Shown here: positions 16,543-25,183 of the stretch, in pieces
Position numbering within the stretch: position 1 is the stretch's first letter
Layout of the letters: the number at the start of each line of letters is the position of its first letter
From: Deltaproteobacteria bacterium
GTDB taxonomy: Bacteria; Desulfobacterota; Desulfobacteria; Desulfobacterales; B30-G6
Assembly (NCBI GenBank): GCA_019313725.1
Contig: JAFDAT010000001.1
Location: 1-41,520 of the forward strand
Direction of reading: 5' to 3'
Length of the DNA: 41,520 nt
Notes under the pieces: model-generated
Databases searched by the model: none
Told to the model about the DNA's origin: nothing
What the model saw: only the letters and a program-made list of their open reading frames with translations
Program-made: the position numbers and the translations under genes

Positions 16543-17001
16543 CTATTTCTTCCCTTTCTTCTTTGCTTTCTTTGGTTTTGCTTTCTTGGCCTTTGCTTTC
16601 TTTGGTTTTGCTTTCTTGGCCTTTTCTTTCTTTGGTTTTTCCTTCTTGGCCTTTGCCTTCTTGGCTTTCTCCTTCTTGGCTTTCTCTTTCTTGGCCTTGG
16701 CCTTCTTGGCTTTCTCTTTCTTGGCCTTGGCCTTCTTGGCTTTCTCTTTCTTGGCCTTGGCCTTCTTGGCTTTCTCTTTCTTGGCTTTCTCTTTCTTGGC
16801 CTTCTCTTTCTTGGCCTTCTCTTTCTTGGCCTTCTCCTTCTTGGCCTTCTCTTTCTTGGCCTTCTCCTTCTCGGCCTTTTCTTTCTCGTTCTTCTTCTCA
16901 GGCGCTTTCTTTTCGCCTTCTGCGGTTTTCGTCCCCGCATCGTCAGCTTTTACCTTGACCTCTTCCTCGACTTTTTTCTGATCCTCTTTTTCATTTACCA
17001 T
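16543..17001 (-). CDS. Lysine-rich low-complexity protein: acidic N-terminus + ~110 aa of KEKAKK/KAKAKK repeats (histone-H1-like)
   Basis: 152-aa ORF. Strong SD GAGGAGG (17007-17013) lies 5 nt before ATG 17001. Only this frame of the repeat has a ribosome-binding site and fits the operon spacing (15 nt after the sixA-like stop). TAG stop. Confidence 0.7.
   Translation of the reverse strand: MVNEKEDQKKVEEEVKVKADDAGTKTAEGEKKAPEKKNEKEKAEKEKAKKEKAKKEKAKKEKAKKEKAKKEKAKKEKAKKAKAKKEKAKKAKAKKEKAKKAKAKKEKAKKEKAKKAKAKKEKPKKEKAKKAKPKKAKAKKAKPKKAKKKGKK
16556..16895. repeat. Coding tandem-repeat tract (15- and 30-bp periods)
   Basis: Includes three perfect 30-bp units, tttctctttcttggccttggccttcttggc, at 16681-16770. 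Runs of cttctctttcttggc units follow at ~16800-16860. Confidence 0.9.
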
Positions 17002-17016
17002 CTTGTCCTCCTCTTG

Positions 17017-17511
17017 TTATCCATGTTTTTTGGGGAATTCAAAATTTTTCAATTTCCCGGGGTTTTCATCAATCCCTGACCATGAAGTGATCTCCAAGAC
17101 AACACAACAGACCCCGCTGGTGGGTATGTTACTGATCGGGTAATTGCCGATGGTGTTGGCGAGTTGAGTTAATGCCGGATTATGGCCGATTAACATGACT
17201 TTATTTACCTGATCCTCTATGTTCTTTAAAAGATGCATCAGGTTCATCTCACTTGATTCGTAGATCGATTCAACGTATCGAATCCCCTCAAGAGGATAGC
17301 CGATCTCATGTGCTAAAATCCTGGCAGTCATTGCAGCCCGCGTTGCCGGGCTTGAGATGATGAGGTCCGGGTCAACGCTCAGTTCATGAATAATTTTTCC
17401 CATGAACGGTGCATTCTTGCGACCACGTTTATTCAATGGCCGTTCAAAATCATCTAATTTAGGATATTTCCAACTGGATTTGGCATGTCTAACCAGACAG
17501 AGTTCTTTCAT
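17017..17511 (-). CDS. SixA-type histidine phosphatase superfamily protein
   Basis: LCLVRHAKSSW (RHA/G catalytic motif), ...LIGHNP... About 164 aa from ATG 17511 (SD GAAGG). The ORF track extends to 17601, but that would overlap the upstream small gene. Confidence 0.75.
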   Translation of the reverse strand: MKELCLVRHAKSSWKYPKLDDFERPLNKRGRKNAPFMGKIIHELSVDPDLIISSPATRAAMTARILAHEIGYPLEGIRYVESIYESSEMNLMHLLKNIEDQVNKVMLIGHNPALTQLANTIGNYPISNIPTSGVCCVVLEITSWSGIDENPGKLKNFEFPKKHG

Positions 17512-17570
17512 AGACCTTCGCAATCGTGTATTGAAGTTCGTTTCACCCATGGTCGAGTCTTGCTGAAAAT

Positions 17571-17735
17571 TTATTCCAATGCAACAGGTTTGTGTAACCA
17601 CTTTTTTTTATTTGCCACTCTGCCGCATTTTTTACAGACATATCGTGGCACTTTTACAATATCTTTGAACGCATCGAAATTATCGCCGATGGCTGCTTCT
17701 TTCCACTTACAGAGTCGTTTTTCTTTTTTTGCCAT
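17571..17735 (-). CDS. Small (54 aa) basic protein, unknown function
   Basis: MAKKEKRLCKWKEAAIGDNFDAFKDIVKVPRYVCKKCGRVANKKKWLHKPVALE. ATG 17735 has SD AAGGTGG 5 nt upstream and lies 20 nt after the ParA-like stop. The ORF-track start at 17795 would overlap the ParA-like gene. Confidence 0.5.
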   Translation of the reverse strand: MAKKEKRLCKWKEAAIGDNFDAFKDIVKVPRYVCKKCGRVANKKKWLHKPVALE

Positions 17736-17755
17736 TATCGCCACCTTTTCGAATT

Positions 17756-18508
17756 TCAATGCCTGGAAAATAGGGTGTCTTGAATGTTTTCCCACAGTTG
17801 CTGATATGCTCGGGATGCCGTCGAACCAGGAGAAAACGCCGTCACCGGTTCCCGGTAAACACCCATTTTTTCGATCATCGACAGATAAGGAATGTCACTT
17901 TGTAAAACGTTGCTAAATGTTTTTGATATCGTTGCCATTAACACTTTATGCAGTTTTTTTCGTCGATCGACCATGGAAAAAAACGTGTATATCCTACCCG
18001 GGTCGATTTTTTCCTTTTTACAAAAAGATAACAATTGCTTATACGTTCGAATCGAAAGTGTCGTCGGAATCAAGGGGACGAGCGTACAGTCGACAGTGTT
18101 GAACACATTCTCCGCGAGGACGCTGATACTTGCCGGGCAGTCAAGGATGATGACATCATATTCATCCTTAAACGGTTTTAAAATTTGATGGAGACGATTT
18201 TTTGAACGCTTGAGTTTGTTAAAAGTAATGTCCAGTCTGCGGTGAGAAAAGTCCGCCGGCAGCAGATCGAGGTTTTCATAATCCGTTCCCTTGGCACTCT
18301 TGTATACCTTTTTGCCGCCTTTTAGAAATCCCTTTGCGCCCGACTTCAGTTTCGGCTTTACTCTAAAGTAATAGGTTGCAGAGCTTTGAGGGTCTAAATC
18401 ACAGATCAGGGTTCTGGCACCTGCCCGGGCAGACAGATAGGATAAATTAACCGCCGCGGCAGTCTTACCGACACCGCCTTTATTACTGTAGAGTGCGATC
18501 GTCGTCAT
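17756..18508 (-). CDS. Orphan ParA/MinD-family P-loop ATPase (no ParB, no N-terminal HTH)
   Basis: 250-aa ORF with the deviant Walker A including the signature lysine (YSNKGGVGKTAAAVNLS), A-prime ICDLDPQ and Walker B VIILDCP. SD AAGGTG before the ATG. Lies 12 nt after the CHAD gene stop. Confidence 0.85.
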   Translation of the reverse strand: MTTIALYSNKGGVGKTAAAVNLSYLSARAGARTLICDLDPQSSATYYFRVKPKLKSGAKGFLKGGKKVYKSAKGTDYENLDLLPADFSHRRLDITFNKLKRSKNRLHQILKPFKDEYDVIILDCPASISVLAENVFNTVDCTLVPLIPTTLSIRTYKQLLSFCKKEKIDPGRIYTFFSMVDRRKKLHKVLMATISKTFSNVLQSDIPYLSMIEKMGVYREPVTAFSPGSTASRAYQQLWENIQDTLFSRH

Positions 18509-18520
18509 GCAAACACCTTT

Positions 18521-20068
18521 TTATGGTTTTCGGGCAAAGAGTTCTCGAAATAACATCTGATTTTGCGATGATGAAAAGCGGGTAAAAGTTTGGTCGAAAG
18601 ATTCCTTTTCCAACTGCCGCTTCGTGTCCAACTTATCGATCAGGCTGCCAATGGCAACGAGTGTTTTCTTCACTTGGGAACGATTCGAAGGCAATTTTTC
18701 GGCAACGACATACAGATATTTCACCTGGACACTGAGATCGTTATAGTCCCCGAGCCTGTCTTGTAGCTTTTTCAGTTGCTCAACCAAAATGTTGATTTTT
18801 TTTAGCGGAAAAAGATTGGAAAAAAACTGGATTAAATACCGCAATTTTTTACATTGAATTCTGAGCTTATGCAGCATGTCATCATCGCCGTTTTCAAGAA
18901 TCAGATTCCCTGCTTTGATAACATTTTTATACTGCTTGTAGATTCTCTTTCGAGCCAAATCAAATACAGAACTGTCGGCGTCGGATTCCGCGCCAAGGTC
19001 CTCTTGCGGTTCATTCAGAAAAGTTTCCCAGTCCTGCATGATTTTCCTGTATTTTTTAGATTTCATGCTTCTGACGACTTTTCGGAATGACGTTGATCGT
19101 TGTTTATTTAAATAGGCAAACAAGGGGTCGATGTCATCCCGTAGAACAGGAGGCAGCATCGCCTTGTATGTGGCCTGATTCAGCAGATAAACATCCAGAT
19201 CGCGTAGCGCGCTCGATATTTTGCCAATATAAGAAAAATTTTTTGCAAACCGAGCGATCGTCTTCTTGGGAAAAATATTTTTATTCCAAACCAAAGCGGA
19301 TCTAGTCCTTCGAACGGCAACCCGGTAATCGTGAAGAAATTCCGTATCGAGGTCCTGTTCAATATTGGCCGCATTGATCTTTATGACTTGAAACAGAAAT
19401 CGCAGGATGATTTTTGTGGCCTCGTCGGAGCGCATCTCAGGATGGAGTTGTATATTTAATTTTGTAGAATAACGGTTCGGATCCTGCCCTGTCTCCCGCA
19501 TCGCCTGAAAGAATATATCTTCGTCTCCGCTTGAGGTAAGTCCTAAATCTTCAAGTTGATTATTAATTTTTCTCGAATACTTAGGATATCCTCTGACAGG
19601 CTTTACCCACAATTGCATGGCTATGGTCCTGGAATCTTTCCTGCCGGGCTGTCGAACGGTTTCAAAGAAAAGTCTTGCCACGGTTTTTTCGTCCTGGTTT
19701 AAAATCCGATACGGGGTCGCCCGGGAAACTAAATCCGCACGTTTTAAGAGTCTTCTCATTTTTATGACAGGTTCCAGGTACCTTTTAAAATCGCCTTCCG
19801 GAAAATCCCATATGAAACAGGGTGCCGGTTTGATGTCATGACTGTAAATAATTCGATCTTGGCCCAGTTTACGTAACATCAGTCTGCCTTGGGAAGAAAA
19901 CAGGACCAGTGATTTGTTAAAAAAACGCCAGTCAAATGTGTCGTAGATGGTCAGTCGCCCGGTAATCGGCGATTCTTTTTTTATGGTATGGCGTGTAGCC
20001 AATTGACGGCTGATTTGGCGTTCGTCATCATCGCCGGCGAGATCGAATTTAACAATATTTGGCATCAT
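18521..20068 (-). CDS. CHAD-domain protein with N-terminal CYTH-like region
   Basis: CHAD signature HDYRVAVRRTRSAL plus later helical repeats (LHKLRIQCKKLRY). The N-terminal YDTFDWRF.. pattern is CYTH-like, but I do not see an ExExK motif. The ATG at 20068 overlaps the ppk1 TGA (TGATG), consistent with translational coupling. Confidence 0.75.
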   Translation of the reverse strand: MMPNIVKFDLAGDDDERQISRQLATRHTIKKESPITGRLTIYDTFDWRFFNKSLVLFSSQGRLMLRKLGQDRIIYSHDIKPAPCFIWDFPEGDFKRYLEPVIKMRRLLKRADLVSRATPYRILNQDEKTVARLFFETVRQPGRKDSRTIAMQLWVKPVRGYPKYSRKINNQLEDLGLTSSGDEDIFFQAMRETGQDPNRYSTKLNIQLHPEMRSDEATKIILRFLFQVIKINAANIEQDLDTEFLHDYRVAVRRTRSALVWNKNIFPKKTIARFAKNFSYIGKISSALRDLDVYLLNQATYKAMLPPVLRDDIDPLFAYLNKQRSTSFRKVVRSMKSKKYRKIMQDWETFLNEPQEDLGAESDADSSVFDLARKRIYKQYKNVIKAGNLILENGDDDMLHKLRIQCKKLRYLIQFFSNLFPLKKINILVEQLKKLQDRLGDYNDLSVQVKYLYVVAEKLPSNRSQVKKTLVAIGSLIDKLDTKRQLEKESFDQTFTRFSSSQNQMLFRELFARKP

Positions 20069-22236
20069 CACTCTCGTTTCACGTCGTGATTATCAGGAAC
20101 ATGATTTTTCATGGTTCTCGATTGCCTGCCGATGAGATCAATCAGTGCCTCCTGGGCAGGTCTGGGCTTTTCACCTTTTTGGGGTCGTCGTCTGGAATAG
20201 CTGCCATCGGGCTGCATATCCCAGGCAGAGCAGTTGTCATTCTCGTAAATCTGCAGTTTTTGCACAAGCTCCTTTTTGAGTTTGGGATCGGTGACGGGTG
20301 TGACGGACTCCATGCGACGGTCAAGGTTTCGCCGCATCCAATCTGCCGAACCAATAAAAAATTCAGGATCACCGGCGTTTTCAAAGCAATACATTCTGCT
20401 GTGCTCTAAAAAACGACCGAGTGTACAGAATACCCGAATGTTCTCGGACAGCCCGGGAACCCCCGCGCGCAGGCAGCACAGGCCCCTTATGTTCAAACTG
20501 ATGGGCACACCCGCTTGGCCGGCGCGATAAAGCTCCTGTATAATACGCGTATCCTGAAGCTGATTCATCTTCACGTTTATACCACACGGTTTTCCTTTTC
20601 GTTTGTGCTCCGCCTCACGGCGGATCAGCTCAGTAATCCGCTCACGAAGGTTGTGGGGAGCAACCAGCAATTTATCATAATTCGGATACGGGTTCGCACT
20701 GGTCAATTCATTAAACAGCGCGGCAACGTTAGCACCTAGCTCTGGATCACAGCTTAAAATTCCCATGTCTTCGTAGATTCGCGCGGTGTCCGTGTGATAG
20801 TTCCCTGTTCCTATATGGACGTAGCGATGAATACCATCCTCTTCTTCACGGACGACAAGTGCCAATTTGACGTGAGTTTTCAACCGCTCTACGCCATAAG
20901 AAACATGTACCCCTTCCCGTTCCAAAAGTCTCCCCCATGCTATGTTGGGCGCCTCATCGAACCGGGCGGTGATCTCCACCAGCACCGCGACCTGCTTGCC
21001 TTTCCGTATCGCAAACTGAAGTGCTTGAATAATAGGGGAATCGCTGCTTGTACGATAGATGGTAAGCTTAATGGCCAGCACTTTTGGATCCATTGCCGCG
21101 CACTGAAGGAAGTTGAGTACGGAAGTATCAAAACTATGGTAGGGGTGGTGAAGCAGGATATCGGCTCGGCGGATTTCGGCAAACATCTGTTTGGGATCGT
21201 TTTGATATATTCCTGAAAGGCGGGGATGGGTTACGGGCTTATGCGGAGGATCACGCAGTTCCGGGCGATTCTTGACAGGAAACTTCATCAGATCCGCGAG
21301 CCCCATCAGACCCTTGACACTTTCGACATCTTCTGAATCGACGTCTAACTGTTCGGCTAACCAGCACATCAAGTCTTTGGGCATGTCGGCACTAACCTCC
21401 AGCCGAACCACACCGGCAAATTTTCGTGCGGTTAATTCGTGGGTCACCATACTGATGAAGAATCCGGGGGTGGAATCGGCATCAAAATCGTCAAGCTCGG
21501 TTTGTTCCCAGGGGTCATCCTTGGCTACTCGGGTAACGCGAAAAAAATAGCAGAATAGTTTTTCCGCTTTGGGAAACAACTGTTCGAGATTGGCTGCGAT
21601 CACCTGCTCCAAGGGAACAAATCCGCTGTCGTCCGCCAAAGGCACCCAACGGGGTCGGTTCGCCGGAACCTTGATCCGTACGAAACGATAGCGCTTTTTT
21701 TTCTTTTCCTTCACCTCGATGGCCAGATTCAGCCCCAAATTACTGATAAAAGGAAATGGATGCGACATATCCACGGCTAAAGGCGTCAGAATCGGTTCCA
21801 CTGATTCCGTAAAATATGCGGACATCTGTGTACGCTGGTTTTTTTTCAGTACCTTGTATTCCAGAATGGGAATTGCCTCTTTTGCCAGAGCAGGACGAAG
21901 TTTTTTTTGCACGAGGCGGGATACCAGGGCTGACTGGGCATGCAATTCAGCGCGGCACGCCCTCAGTTGCTCATCGGGAGCGAGGCCGTCACGGGATGGC
22001 TTTTGTTTTTTTTTCTGAATTTTCCGCTTGAGTCCACCCATTCGCTTCATCGCGAACTCATCGTAAAGCATACCCATAATGCCCGCAAATTTTACCCGTT
22101 CGAGCAACGGCAGCTCAGGGTCTTGTGCCAGGGAGAGCACCCGGCGTGCAAAACTGAGCCAGCTTAATTCCCGGTTGATAAATGCATCCGAGGAATCGAT
22201 TTCAATGGCTTGAGGTTTTTTTTTCATAGATGTCAT
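20068..22236 (-). CDS. ppk: Polyphosphate kinase 1
   Basis: 722-aa ORF with FINRELSWLSFARRVLSLAQDP..PLLERVKF at the N-terminus, LLHHPYHSFD, and RLKTHVKLALVVR (phosphohistidine region). Confidence 0.9.
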   Translation of the reverse strand: MTSMKKKPQAIEIDSSDAFINRELSWLSFARRVLSLAQDPELPLLERVKFAGIMGMLYDEFAMKRMGGLKRKIQKKKQKPSRDGLAPDEQLRACRAELHAQSALVSRLVQKKLRPALAKEAIPILEYKVLKKNQRTQMSAYFTESVEPILTPLAVDMSHPFPFISNLGLNLAIEVKEKKKKRYRFVRIKVPANRPRWVPLADDSGFVPLEQVIAANLEQLFPKAEKLFCYFFRVTRVAKDDPWEQTELDDFDADSTPGFFISMVTHELTARKFAGVVRLEVSADMPKDLMCWLAEQLDVDSEDVESVKGLMGLADLMKFPVKNRPELRDPPHKPVTHPRLSGIYQNDPKQMFAEIRRADILLHHPYHSFDTSVLNFLQCAAMDPKVLAIKLTIYRTSSDSPIIQALQFAIRKGKQVAVLVEITARFDEAPNIAWGRLLEREGVHVSYGVERLKTHVKLALVVREEEDGIHRYVHIGTGNYHTDTARIYEDMGILSCDPELGANVAALFNELTSANPYPNYDKLLVAPHNLRERITELIRREAEHKRKGKPCGINVKMNQLQDTRIIQELYRAGQAGVPISLNIRGLCCLRAGVPGLSENIRVFCTLGRFLEHSRMYCFENAGDPEFFIGSADWMRRNLDRRMESVTPVTDPKLKKELVQKLQIYENDNCSAWDMQPDGSYSRRRPQKGEKPRPAQEALIDLIGRQSRTMKNHVPDNHDVKRE

Positions 22237-23004
22237 CTATATCAACATATCAAAAGCTGTCTCGCACCGGCCACACGAATAGACCGAGGGCCTGTTCTTT
22301 GTGGTGCTGAACGCCGTAATACAAATGCAAGCAATCATTACCAAAACCCAAATCGTTTTTTGCTGTATTTTTATTTTTCGTGCTCCTTGGTTTTGCGGAT
22401 GGAGTTATCCGTTTGCTTTTCAGAACAACTATTTTTCTATATTTCTTCGATCAAATTGTGAATATAGTCTAACCGGCGGACGTCATCAACAAAAATATTG
22501 ATGCGCTATTGGAAATGGGTATTTTTGATCGTTCGATCATTCGTGAAGTCATTCGTACCAAAAAATCTCATATGGTCATCAATAAACTTAAAAACGGAAA
22601 ACAACTACTCAGGGTTGCCAATCCCATTTTTAATCAATAATTCAAATCCCTTTTTCTTTATCGTCACTTAATGCATAGCGTCTGGAATGCACTAATTTTG
22701 CCGACAAGTTGTCGTCCACCCGGCTGACCCGTCATATTTGTTTCGCACTTTTGTGTTTTCGTGTTTGTTTAGATCCTTTTAACTCCGTCTGCGCCGTCGC
22801 CAGTTTTAACGTGCTGTTCAACAACATTCTTTTTCAATAATCAGTGCGGTGAGTCCGTGGGGTACTGTGCCTGACAGCGGAAGACAAAATTCAAATCGTT
22901 ACTGATGGCAGGTCTGAGGAACTTTCTCGCGATTCGATGAGGGGGTCTTTTCGAGTCGGATCAATGACGAGGAAATGATAACAGATGACATCAGACCGGC
23001 ATTC

Positions 23005-23361
23005 TCAAGCCAGAGAACCTTCAAAGAGAAACTCCATCACGCCGGCAAAAGTGTCCCCCTCATAAGATGGAACATTCACGATGGTGAGTTTTCCGTCCGG
23101 AGTGTCCAGGGTGTAGTAATATAGATTTCTCTTCTTTTCCTTGTATTCTGCAAAGAGCTTTTCGAGTTTTTTCATGGTCTCGGGCTTATGGCAATCACGC
23201 ATGTGGCTTCCCACAAAACCTTCCACCCCCATGCTGGCCTTAAACATTTGTTTACATTTTTCGTTGGCATAGGTCACCTTGAAATCAGCATCACACGCTA
23301 CGACCGCCGTATTCAAACTCTCCAACATTTCCTTTACATCGCCCATGGTGTGCTCTTTCAT
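23005..23361 (-). CDS. Small stand-alone PAS-domain protein
   Basis: 118-aa ORF with a PAS-like pattern (LNTAVVACDADFKVTYANEKCKQMF...GKLTIVNVP). Confidence 0.55.
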   Translation of the reverse strand: MKEHTMGDVKEMLESLNTAVVACDADFKVTYANEKCKQMFKASMGVEGFVGSHMRDCHKPETMKKLEKLFAEYKEKKRNLYYYTLDTPDGKLTIVNVPSYEGDTFAGVMEFLFEGSLA

Positions 23362-23544
23362 TTAGATGAATTGATGAGACATGACTCTTCAGAAGAACGA
23401 GTATGGATAAATTGACCCCACATGTCAAAGGAAATAGCGTCTAAATATGTCAGGGTTTTATGCCATGCTGCAAAAGCTGTATTCCAGGCAATATATGCCT
23501 GAATGAGGACGAAAAATGTTCTGATTAAACCAAGGCCGCCTGTT

Positions 23545-24684
23545 TCATACGTTTTTTTTGATTTTAATTATCTGAACAGCCATCAAGGAAATCAGGCTGA
23601 AGACAGCACCGCACACGAATGGAATTCGATAATCAATCATCCACAGTACACCGCCTATCGCCGGGAGAACGACAGCCGCGATATGATTTATGGTAAAACT
23701 CACCGAGATGCTGGATGCTATATCACCGGGGTCCGCGATCTTTTGGAAATAGGTCTGGATGGCGATGTGGAAATTATAAAAAACCTGATCCAAAACATAT
23801 AAAAGTGCCACAACCATTTTCGAGTGCACCGTTGCATATGCAAGGAAAATAACGATCAGGCTGGCATATTCCAGGGACAGCACTTTTCTTTCACCGAATC
23901 TGATGATACTCCTGCCGATCAGAGGATATAGGAAAAAAATCAGCGCATTGTTGATCACAAAAAGGATGGTGATTTCCCGAACCGAGAAGTCAAAATTTCT
24001 TACCAAAAGAAAAACAGCAAATGCCATGAATATCTGGCGGCGGGCACCGGCCATGAACGTGAGAAAATAGAACAACCAATACTTTTTCCTTAAAACCATT
24101 TTTTTACGCTGGGGAGGCAAATTGGTGCTGGCCGGGTTTTGGGTCATCCCCCAGATACCTGCCATCGTGATCATGCCGCCAATGAGCAGGTAAAGCTGTG
24201 CATAACTCAAAAAAGGGGAGAAACTGAATATCAGAACACCGACGCCGATATTGGTTAAAGACGCCAGGCTGCCTAATTTCCCGAATACCCATGGTGATTG
24301 CTCCTCGGCAAAATACTGAAGTGTCAGGGAGTCGCAGGTCGTATCGAAGTAGTGAAACCCGAAACTCATGATCAATGTGGAAAAAATAAGCCCTGAAAAG
24401 GATGGCAGCAACCCGGTAACTGCCATCCCGAGTCCTAAAACGATAATAGCCAATGCGGATAGACGGTGCTCCTTTACCACCAGCAGAAAATATACAACCA
24501 GAAAGGCCAGAAAGCCGGGAATTTCCCTCACAGATTGGATTAATCCGACATGATTACCTTTCAATGCAACGACTTCGACGGCAAAGTTGTTGAACAGCGT
24601 CAACCAGGATTCCAATCCCAGGGTTGATGCGATGGTGAGGACCACCAGATAGCGGTACATTTTACGTTGTTCTGCACGGATCAT
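23545..24684 (-). CDS. MFS-type transporter (about 12 predicted TM segments)
   Basis: 379-aa highly hydrophobic ORF with a central basic loop (PPQRKKMVLRKK) between two 6-TM halves. Confidence 0.65.
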   Translation of the reverse strand: MIRAEQRKMYRYLVVLTIASTLGLESWLTLFNNFAVEVVALKGNHVGLIQSVREIPGFLAFLVVYFLLVVKEHRLSALAIIVLGLGMAVTGLLPSFSGLIFSTLIMSFGFHYFDTTCDSLTLQYFAEEQSPWVFGKLGSLASLTNIGVGVLIFSFSPFLSYAQLYLLIGGMITMAGIWGMTQNPASTNLPPQRKKMVLRKKYWLFYFLTFMAGARRQIFMAFAVFLLVRNFDFSVREITILFVINNALIFFLYPLIGRSIIRFGERKVLSLEYASLIVIFLAYATVHSKMVVALLYVLDQVFYNFHIAIQTYFQKIADPGDIASSISVSFTINHIAAVVLPAIGGVLWMIDYRIPFVCGAVFSLISLMAVQIIKIKKNV

Positions 24685-24913
24685 GTTTTATTTTCAATAG
24701 TTTGAGATGAATTTAGAGGTCTAACACCATTATTGCCAAATCCGGAACCATGTCAGCCGGTTTCAGATTATCGATAACTGCCTTACTTGATAACATTGAA
24801 CTACCCGCTTACTTGTTAGGATTTCGCATCATCTCCAAAATGTCAAACCCGGAGTGCTGCGCCGATACAATCTGGATATTACTTTTGAATCATACTGTGA
24901 AGCAGCACGGTTC

Positions 24914-25078
24914 ACCCTATGGTTGCATAAACAACATGGCAAATAATAGATAATACATTGTTATTATACCCAATATCATAGCGATAGCGCAATTTCTTGG
25001 ATGCCCCTCCTGGTGAATTCGAAGGATGGCATCTATTTTGCCATGTTGTTTACCCTTCGGCAACGTTAGGGTTCACCC
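24914..25078. repeat. MITE-like imperfect inverted repeat (arms 24914-24954 and 25033-25078)
   Basis: The 15-nt core TAAACAACATGGCAA at 24928-24942 recurs as its reverse complement at 25038-25052. Both arms start with ACCCTAnnGTTGC. A related solo copy lies at 12203-12243. Confidence 0.65.
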
Positions 25079-25183
25079 ATCAGCATGTTGAGTTGAAATT
25101 CACTCATATGGTAATTTCAATAAATAGTTGGCAATATTATTTTTTATTGGTAGCATCTCGCTGAAAGTGTAAGGGAGGACATC

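Noticed and set aside
16556-16895. The regular short repeats could be a CRISPR array.
   Set aside because: The period is 15/30 bp with no unique spacers. The tract is a contiguous coding microsatellite-like repeat within an RBS-supported ORF, and there are no cas genes.
15987-17079. Arg/Pro-rich N-terminal extension of ORF 15987..16940, and the three F/L-rich plus-strand ORFs (16457..16981, 16518..16958, 16528..17079).
   Set aside because: All are alternative frames of the same tandem repeat. Only the K-rich minus frame has a strong SD and start. The USP domain has its own SD and ATG at 16466.
24909-25078. A 9-bp target-site duplication, GGTTCACCC, flanking the MITE-like element.
   Set aside because: The ACCCT part belongs to the inverted arms themselves; it is also present in the solo copy at 12203. 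The apparent direct repeat is therefore largely a by-product of the arm sequence.
25146-25165. Sigma54-like promoter (tTGGTAgcatcTCGCTg) upstream of the PrpD-like gene.
   Set aside because: The GG-to-GC spacing is one nucleotide short of the canonical -24/-12 geometry, and both elements deviate from TGGCAC/TTGCA.
22237-25183. Search for pylT (tRNA-Pyl) or other tRNAs in the larger intergenic regions: 22.2-23.0 kb, 24.7-25.2 kb, 28.1-28.3 kb, 37.6-38.0 kb and 40.1-40.5 kb.
   Set aside because: A by-eye scan found no cloverleaf-like sequence. The CTCTAAA strings (CUA anticodon-loop-like) I noticed, at 10472-10478 and 18361-18367, are inside CDSs. A tRNA scan was not possible, so this is a weak negative.
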